64,000 nucleotides of DNA. Source: Babesia bigemina (Eukaryota). Shown here piece by piece: positions 56,203 through 64,000 of the stretch (the stretch's first letter is position 1; each line of letters starts with the position of its first letter). The translations under genes were made by a program, and so were the position numbers. Under the pieces are notes generated by a model, which worked only from the letters and a program-made list of their open reading frames with translations, was not told the DNA's origin and searched no databases. Location of the stretch: the NCBI RefSeq assembly GCF_000981445.1, contig NC_027217.1, positions 124,001 through 188,000 of the forward strand. The letters run 5' to 3'.

Positions 56203-56969
56203 ATGGCGCTATTGCGGCGCCTAGCCGTTTTCGCCTCCGTTCTGCTGTTGGCCGAGAATACGGCAGCAAAACAGCTTCATCGCAACACGGCGCACATGCT
56301 GGAAGTCCCATCGGTCAACAATCACCGACAGAAGGTTAGTGGGTTTTGGCCTTTAGTAGAGGGGTATTTACTTTGTTCGTTCGCTGGCACTGATTTGCAT
56401 ATTTCGTGAATTTATCACCTTAGTATCTGTGATATGTATTATAAATAGTCGTATGCATCGTATATGTCGCTAGGCGCCCATATGATTCCGATGCTTCATG
56501 TGCCTTCTCGCCTCTGCAACTACTTTTGAGCTCTAATTTTCGCCGCAGGCCTATGTGAAACCCAACACAATGTCCGAGTCCAGGCACCAGACCACGCTGT
56601 CCATGTCGTCACCCTCATCAGAATCGAGGAACGAGTCAAAGGAGGCTGACAAGGCCGAGGAGGCCCCTACTGTAACTGCTGAAGATTTTATTCGTGGCAG
56701 GGCAACTATTGAGTTCCCTGCAGGCGCCACATACGCCAAAATTGATCCCCAGAAGAGTCTGATTGGTGCCATTGTTATTTTCGGGATATACCTCGTCGGG
56801 ACCATGTTGTACAACTACATGTGAGTTGCGCTGTCGTATGCACATATTCCGCAGCCGGAAAGTAACGGAGAAGAAACGCGTAGAGCAAGCGTTGCGCGAC
56901 TACGAGGAGGAGAAGGAGCACTACATCGAGTACGGGGAAACGGTGGATGTTGCCGGCTCCGGGTCATGA
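56203..56969 (+). CDS. Small signal-peptide, single-pass membrane protein, 3 exons
   Basis: Exons 56203-56334, 56549-56820 and 56855-56969 splice in frame at GT-AG sites. Signal-like MALLRRLAVFASVLLLA; TM LIGAIVIFGIYLVGTMLY. Confidence 0.7.
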
Positions 56970-57225
56970 GTCGCGCCGCCTTCCACTAAGCTTGATTTGT
57001 GTGTGGTGGGGTGAACGGTATGAGCCGCTTGTCTGACGGACATTTTTTAATTACACCTGATAAAGACGTTTCCATTTAGCACGCCACATAGCGCAAGCTT
57101 CCTTGAGCTGGTGTGCTATTCCCGCTGTCTTCGCCGGTTTCGGTCAACTAGAAGGCCACTCCTTGGACGGTTACTGCCTTCGCGTGTGATCCAGGGCCCA
57201 TTTCACTGTACACACTCGAGTAAAG

Positions 57226-59085
57226 ATGTCGAATGACTACTCTGGTTGCGGCGGTCTTGAGATTTTCGTGGCTACTGCCCTGAACGGCACGATCGGCTGC
57301 AAGAACGACATTCCATGGCCACACATCCGCCAGGATTTTCGTTTTTTGTGTCGCGGAACGACTTACGTTGAGCCTGAAGTGAAGGCTGCCAATCCTTCCC
57401 TGCAGAACGTCGTGATTTTCGGTCGGAGGACGTACGAGAGCATCCCGCAGACCTCGCTTCCTCTAAAAAATCGCATCAACGTCGTCCTGAGTCGCACAGT
57501 GTATGTTTGACGCTTATAAGTGTAAACGTGGCCTAGGAAGGATATTCCTGGAGTTTTGGTGTACTCGTCGTTGTGCGAGGCCATCCGAAGCCTTCGTGCC
57601 AGCGTTCCTCACAATAAGATCTTCATTTTGGGTGAGTAGTTCTGTCTTACAGCACTACATGTGTATACGTGTTGTGGGAAATGCGTGATGGTTTCGTCAT
57701 TGCGTTTGTGCCCATTTATTTGCCTTCCATTTACGATCTGCTTTTGTCGTGGCTCTGAATTAGCACCGCGTACCGGAAACATAGTAACTGACCTTATCGG
57801 GCTGTATCCACTCGTAACAGTTTGCCAGTCTGACTATGTTTGTAGGCGGCGCCGACTTGTACCGTGAGGTGTTAGAGAATGACCTCTGCGACAAGATTTA
57901 CCTGACCCGTTTGAACAAGGAATACGAGGGCGACCGGTTCTTCCCTCCGATCCCGAGCAGTTTCCAAATAACTGGCATAAGCCGCACGTTCTCCACCGAC
58001 TTCGTGACTTACGACTTTGTCACCTACGAGAAGGTTTCGGCGTCTGCGGCAGTTCGCCACCCGACCTTGGACGAGCTCCTCCTGACGGGCGAGGAGTTGA
58101 ATGTGCCGCAACCCAAGTACATTGCCTGCCCCGCCGTGAAGGTGCGCTACCATGAGGAGTTCCAATATTTGGACATTCTGGCTGACGTGCTGAGCACTGG
58201 AACACTCAAGTCCAACAGGACTGGCGTCGATGCGTACTCTAAGTTCGGGTACCAGATGCGCTTTGACTTGTCCAAGTCGTTCCCGCTGCTGACCACCAAA
58301 AAGGTCGCGTTGCGCAGCATCATCGAGGAGCTGTTGTGGTTCATCAAGGGCAGCACCAACGGCAACGACCTGCTCGCGAAGAACGTGCGCATTTGGGAGC
58401 TGAACGGTGAACGCCGCTTCTTGGACAACTTGGGTTTCACCGACCGCGAGGAGCACGATTTGGGCCCCATTTACGGTTTCCAGTGGCGCCACTTCGGTGC
58501 CAAATACCTGGACATGCATGCCGACTACAGGTTTGTCCCATCACGTCGATGCGTTGACGCCTTGCAGCGGACAGGGTATTGACCAGCTGAAGACCGTGAT
58601 CGAGAGGATCAAGACCAACCCCAACGACCGCCGTATGATTGTGTGCTCCTGGAACGTCTCGGGTACTGTTTTCATGGGCATTGTGTGATTTTGCCTCAGA
58701 CCTTTCCAAGATGGCGTTGCCTCCATGCCACTGCCTGTTCCAGTTTTACGTGCGCGATGGGAAGCTATCTTGTATGATGCACCAGCGTTCTTGTGACCTC
58801 GGATTGGGCGTGCCGTTCAACATCGCGTCGTACTCGATATTGACGGCCATGGTTGCTCAGGTGTGCGGCTTGAAGCTGGGCGAATTCGTGCACAACCTGG
58901 CAGATGCGCACATTTACGTAAACCACGTGGACGCCGTCACCGAGCAAATTTCTCGTGTGCCCTACCCTTTCCCCCAGCTGAAGCTGAACCCCGAGATCAA
59001 GTCTATTGAGGACTTCACCGTGGATGACATCATGGTTGAGAACTACGTGTCTCACCCCGCCATAAAGATGGCCATGGCCGCCTGA
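57226..59085 (+). CDS. dhfr-ts: Bifunctional dihydrofolate reductase-thymidylate synthase, 5 exons
   Basis: Exons 57226-57500, 57537-57631, 57846-58530, 58568-58662 and 58700-59085. [74 protein letters not shown]. Confidence 0.97.
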
Positions 59086-59733
59086 GCGGCCTTGACGGCA
59101 CAAATGACGCCACTCGTCAGCTCGTTGCAAAATAAACGCAGCTTATGACTACAGTTACAATATGCACGATACTACTTTGTTTTTGCCTTATGCTGCATTG
59201 TAGCCGTTCACTGAGGTGCTCGGCCACACCGAGGCTACTGTTGTGTTGGGTAGCTCGATACGTATATGCTATAGTGGTGGTGTCGGCTGGTGTGACGCCA
59301 TTGTGGACCCCTATAGTTGGAAGTTTGCGCACTCCTTAAGAGCAATACTGTGAACAGAAGCGGTGATAATGCCGATTCCATATGTGGATTCTCGTCATAG
59401 AGCTATAAAGTTGGTTTCATCTAGACCACATAGACGCACTTGTAAATATAGCGAGTTCGTTTCAAACAGCGATTCGGTTTCCATACACCGGAGAGACACA
59501 GCAGCCAGGTAGCGACTGGCGGCAACCTTGCCTTGCTGGTACCAGCGAAGATTCTCCGCGCAAATATAACAAACATACTGCTCCGACAACGTGAGATCAA
59601 TTTGTGCAGAAACGCCGACTGCTGGTAGGATGCTGTGGCAACGCTAATCCGGTTGTGAGGTGTGTGGCAATACTCGGCTCCGCCGCGGCGCGGTTGCCCT
59701 CAGCTGGTCTTTTCTATCACATATTATCGCAAA

Positions 59734-60486
59734 ATGGCCAAGCTGACTAGGATCGTGAAGAAGATCCTACTGAAGGACGCCCCCGAGCGTGACACTCGCC
59801 GGCCGGAGGCAGCGCCTCCGCCTTCGGTGGAGTCCCTCGCCACGCGCGGTTTGGCGCAGCCCACCGTCGACTTCGGGAACCTGCCGATCATCGACGACAA
59901 CGAGTTGCGGCTGCGCGCCAAGGCGAAGGCTATGGTGAAGGTGAGCCGCAAGGGCTCGGGTATCGCAAAGGAGCGCAACACCGCCTCCAAGTTCAAGGCT
60001 AAGGTTGTGCGTCCCAAGGTGAAGAACGCCGACGCTTCGTCCAAGCCGGTTATACCCGCGGCAACCGAGGATGCCGACTCGGATTCCGCGCCGCAGAGCC
60101 CCGTCAAAAAGCCGACCGGTGGCACCAAGCATGCCGCGAAGACCAAGGCTAAGCCCGCGGCGCCGAGCACCAAGGTCATCAAGAGCGACGTGAAGAGCGA
60201 TTCGCGCGGCAAGCGCAAGCGTGAAGCCCGTAAGGAGATGTGGCGTCGAAAGTACGACTTCTCGAACGAGGCCAAGCGGCTCGTGGCCGCGTTCCACGAA
60301 GAGGACAAGCACGGCCCCGCGCTGGGCAACCTTGCCGGCCTTAAGGGCGAGTTGTCGTCGCTGGAACAGATGATGCAGAGCGCACCTCCGGCGGCGCGCG
60401 AATCTGCGAAGCCCAGCAGCAAGCGCCTGCTGCGGGCGAAGATACGAAACAAGGCGATGCTGCAGGCCGCTATGAAGAACACATAA
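59734..60486 (+). CDS. Basic Lys/Ala-rich protein, possibly SLX9/FAM207-like ribosome biogenesis factor
   Basis: aaaATGG start context and coding-like GC3. KRKREARKEMWRRKY..LGNLAGLKGEL loosely resembles SLX9. Confidence 0.55.
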   Translation: MAKLTRIVKKILLKDAPERDTRRPEAAPPPSVESLATRGLAQPTVDFGNLPIIDDNELRLRAKAKAMVKVSRKGSGIAKERNTASKFKAKVVRPKVKNADASSKPVIPAATEDADSDSAPQSPVKKPTGGTKHAAKTKAKPAAPSTKVIKSDVKSDSRGKRKREARKEMWRRKYDFSNEAKRLVAAFHEEDKHGPALGNLAGLKGELSSLEQMMQSAPPAARESAKPSSKRLLRAKIRNKAMLQAAMKNT

Positions 60487-60735
60487 CCACGTTTTAATTA
60501 GTGCTGCAACTGTTGTGTCTTGCCGCGCGCGATTGTTGATGACGAGTGCTGCATCCGGCACGAGCCGCCTCCGTCGAACGCAGACGCTCCCGGAGGGTAG
60601 TGCCGGTGCCGCCGAGTGGCGCAGATCGCTGTGAATTTTGTTGTTGCCTGCCGCCACCATTTTAACGCGGCGTGTTTCCTGCATTGCGCAAAGGCGCGGG
60701 GCTTTCGGCCGCTTCTCCCCCGTAGCGTCGCGGCG

Positions 60736-63337
60736 ATGTCGGACCACGTGCAGTGGTTCCGTTTCCAGAACCTGCAGGACGACTTCATCAAGTACTATCG
60801 AGCGAGCGATGTAAGTGCCGATGTGCGCGATTACGCGTTCATGTGTGTGCAGAAGCACCGCATCGACGAGATTAGGCTGAGTCGTCTGAGCATCCTGTAC
60901 GGGGCCGCCACGCTCAACCGGCGCATCGAGCACATCTTCAAGGATGAGGAGACTAAGGGTAGGTGCCTGCGCTGGCGTTTCCATCCCGTTTGCAGGCATG
61001 GTCATTTGCGCCCATCTGAAGCACTCGAAGGTGCATGACTTTTACATCATTGCCGCGTGCCTCATATACGGTTACACGCTGCTGCACACGAACTGGCATG
61101 CCGACAATGAGTACACGCTGTTGTACAAGCTGCGGTCCACCAACTGCCGCCTGGTCATCGTGGACGACGAGATCGAGACGGAGAGCATGATCCCCGACGT
61201 GAAGTACCTGCGCATGTCGGACGTGTACGCCGAGTCGATTTACAAGAAGAGCCTCACGTTGCGCAACTACCTGTCGCTCGTGGAGTCCTCGAGCAAGGAT
61301 GGGTCCGGCCACCGCATGCAGGAGATGTTGTCCGACCAGTCGAAGCACGTCGGGAACGCGGACCCGAACGCTGTGATGATGATCACGTTCAGCAACAGCG
61401 GCATATCCGGGATCCCGCGTGCGCGCAGGGTGACGTACGGCGAGATGGCGGGGCACTTCAAGGCGTTGGAGGCCATGGGCGCCTGGCGCCCCTCGGACGT
61501 GTTGGTGGTGTTCATGACCAACCCTACCTACGACTTCTTCACGAACATCGTGCTGTACTACTGCATGAGCCGCGGGAACGTGCACGTCCACTTCCTGCAG
61601 CGCTACATGTCCACGTACTGGAAGATACTGTGGGAGTCTAACGAGCACGCCAAGAACGTGTTCGCGCAGCTGGGCAAAAACTACAAGGTCGGTTTTTCTC
61701 CGTTGCGCGTCACGCCACCGCAGATCCTCAGCTTCCTGTTCCCCCGTCAGTTGGAAGCGTTGTTAACGCTAGATGAAGTTGCGCAAGAGTGCAAGTTGTT
61801 CGATGCGGGGAACGCCGTGATCGGTTCGCCGCTCCTGCCCAGACCCTCCATCAGCTTGGAGCAGGCGGGCACGGACGACTTCCAAGATTTGCCCAAGGTC
61901 GCCTTTTCAAAGCAGCATACTGCTGTTTCGGAGGCCGCCGAGGAACCTCCCGTCACATCCCCCAAATCGGCCACTCCCTCCGACCCCGGGCATCCGCTTG
62001 TGTCGTACGGCTCAGGCGCGATGGCCCTGGCGCGGTCCAGCATCAGCAAGGTGTCGAAGTACATCTTTGGCAAGCGCATGCCGTCCAAGTCGGACCCTGA
62101 GAGCAGGGAGGGTGGCGCCGAGGGTGCTTCAGGCGCCGATGAGGACGCCGGGGAGGGCCCCCGCGTTGCTAAGCCAAACTCGACGGACGATTGCGAGCGA
62201 CCGAACAGCGGCCGTGGCAACGGAAAGCCGCGCCATATCAGCCTCTACATCCCCAAGTTGCACTTGAAGTTCAGCGAACTTCGCAACGTGCTCTGCGACA
62301 AGAACGTCCTGTTCTTGCTAACTGGCACTCACGCCAATTACGATTTGTGTAAGTCCGGGCGTTTTAGTTGTGCTGATGTGTCGCCAGGCCGCCTCTTTGC
62401 GTGCCTCACCGGAGGCAAGAAACCTATAATGAAGTACGGCTGCAGCGAGATCTCCCCAACGGTACGTGCGGCATTCCGGAGTGCTCATCCGTCCGCAGTT
62501 AACGCTGATCCCGCCGGCATTGGAGCAGCAACGTCTGATGGAATTGTACCATATCGGTTTGAACAACAAATTCAGGGACAAGCACGTGATTGGGCAGTAC
62601 ATCGGCACTGCCGTGGACGCCGATCGCGGCCTGTCTGTGGTGAGGTCCGTGGACAGCGTGGACCTGAACTTTATGGTAAGTGTTCGTCTGTCACCAGTGT
62701 TTAACGCTTAAACAGATCCCTTGCGTGCCGTATGAGCCCGGTTACTTCGTTTGCCGCGAAGACGACTACACCAAGCTGCTGCTCCCCCGGGAGCTGCACG
62801 GCAGTATCATGGAGGACGGCACGTATCTGGGCCTGGGCGACGTCGGGTTTTACGTGGACATGTTCGGGTACCGGCACTTTTACTGGTCGCACAAGGTGGA
62901 CCACTCCATCCCCCGCGGCGTGGCCTACCCGTACTTCGACATGCTCGCCCTGAACCAGGTGATGCAGCAGGCCATCTGCGCGCGGTACGACCTGACCGAG
63001 CCCGTGGTACGCGTCGAAACGATGTGGATGCCTCAGCCCAGGGGCGGCAGCAAGATCGTGTGCGCCGTGGAGCTCATCACTGCCCTGCGCAGCGAGATTG
63101 CGGAGGACATCACGTCGACGTTTTTGGACATGTGCAGTACGTTTATGCGGTGTTGCCGCTAATGCGCCTCAGAATCCGCCGGCGTCTTCACGAGCTGCCC
63201 CGTGCCGGACGAGATCCGGGTCGTTTCGATCCCTTGGGCCTACAAGGGCTCGGTGAACTACCCTGTGCTACGGGTGAGTGTGTGTCGTACATGTGTTGAC
63301 TGGCGCGCAGGAGCAATTGCAGAGGATGTCACCATAA
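60736..63337 (+). CDS. AMP-binding (ANL/acyl-CoA synthetase-like) protein, multi-exon, degenerate motifs
   Basis: ITFSNSGISGIPRA (A3 P-loop-like), KYGCSE (A5), YLGLGDVGF (A7), IPWAYKGSV (A10 region). First intron 60959-60995; last intron 63274-63310; ends EQLQRMSP-TAA at 63335-63337. Confidence 0.7.
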
Positions 63338-64000
63338 TGTCACGTCTTTTAAATTTACGCGTGTGTAAACGTTTCATTGTGGCCGGTTCGGTGAGCGCCG
63401 CCGCGGCTGCGGTGGTGTCTGAGAACGTTGTGACCCTGCGCTGGGTAAGTGCCCTCTGCCGGCCTTCCGCCATGACTCTCGCCAGGTCCGCACCGATAGC
63501 ATGTCGCCAGTGCTGTTCGCGCTCGACGGCTCCAGGGGTGGGTGCAGCTCCCCGCGTTTGACCCTGCTCAGACCTGGCGGTGGTGATCCGCGCCACCCGC
63601 TTCTATCGCAACGACGTCGTGCTGTACCAGCACCCCAACGACGGCACCGAGCTCTTCGGCCGCCTGGTGGAGATAAACGCCAGCGAGGCCCCCAGCCACA
63701 AAAAGCGCCGCGTGCCGTGCGGCCACTGCTGGTATGCGTACATGCCGGCTGCCCGTAACGCCACTCAGGGTTGAGAACGACAACCCGCGCTCGGACGAGC
63801 CGGACAGCAACGAGTTCGGAGCGGTGAGTGTTAGCTGTACAGTGCGGTGACCATGTGACCACGCCGTCTAGTCATGCATCGGTGAGCACTTGGGTGCGAC
63901 AGATTGAGTTGTGTCCTTTGCGTTAGCAATAGCGTTTCCGTGTGTTTGCGATTACTGTGCAGATCCCACTGGGACTCCTGCGCGGCTGCGTCTTGGCGAC
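63337..64000 (+). CDS. Mitochondrial inner-membrane peptidase (S26, IMP1/IMP2-like), multi-exon, runs off the right edge
   Basis: Spliced: MSRLLNLRVCKRF..TLRW|VRTDSMSP..|..NDVVLYQHP..|..VPCGHCW|VENDNPRSDEPDSNEFGA|IPLGLLRG. Exon 1 63337-63444 (36 codons); intron 63445-63485. Confidence 0.8.

Overview
Eukaryotic, intron-rich apicomplexan DNA, most likely Babesia sensu stricto (B. ovata/B. bigemina-like). This is inferred from bifunctional DHFR-TS, CDPK7, a RAP protein, mostly short GT-AG introns and ves-like genes. Two compact housekeeping blocks (1-19.4 kb and 46.8-64 kb) flank a ~24 kb variant-surface-antigen island (21.8-45.9 kb). The island holds two large ves-like genes sharing an 824-bp identical tract, a divergent decayed coiled-coil ves-like gene whose 3' part is replaced by a restriction-like-endonuclease (RLE) non-LTR retrotransposon, and two small Cys-rich membrane genes, each tied to a ves-like 3' end by a conserved ~550-bp spacer. 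Most notable: (1) after reconstructing splicing, three of eight co-oriented housekeeping gene pairs are joined by exact 1-nt stop/start overlaps (TGATG, TGATG, TAATG), suggesting bicistronic or translationally coupled expression; (2) a non-LTR retrotransposon in a lineage generally described as transposon-poor, which appears to have deleted an antigen gene's C-terminus; (3) a ves-like gene plus Cys-rich microprotein cassette; (4) a mammalian RRBP1/p180-type NQGKKAEGAQ repeat inside a parasite antigen. All exon models and family calls were made by eye, with no database searches.
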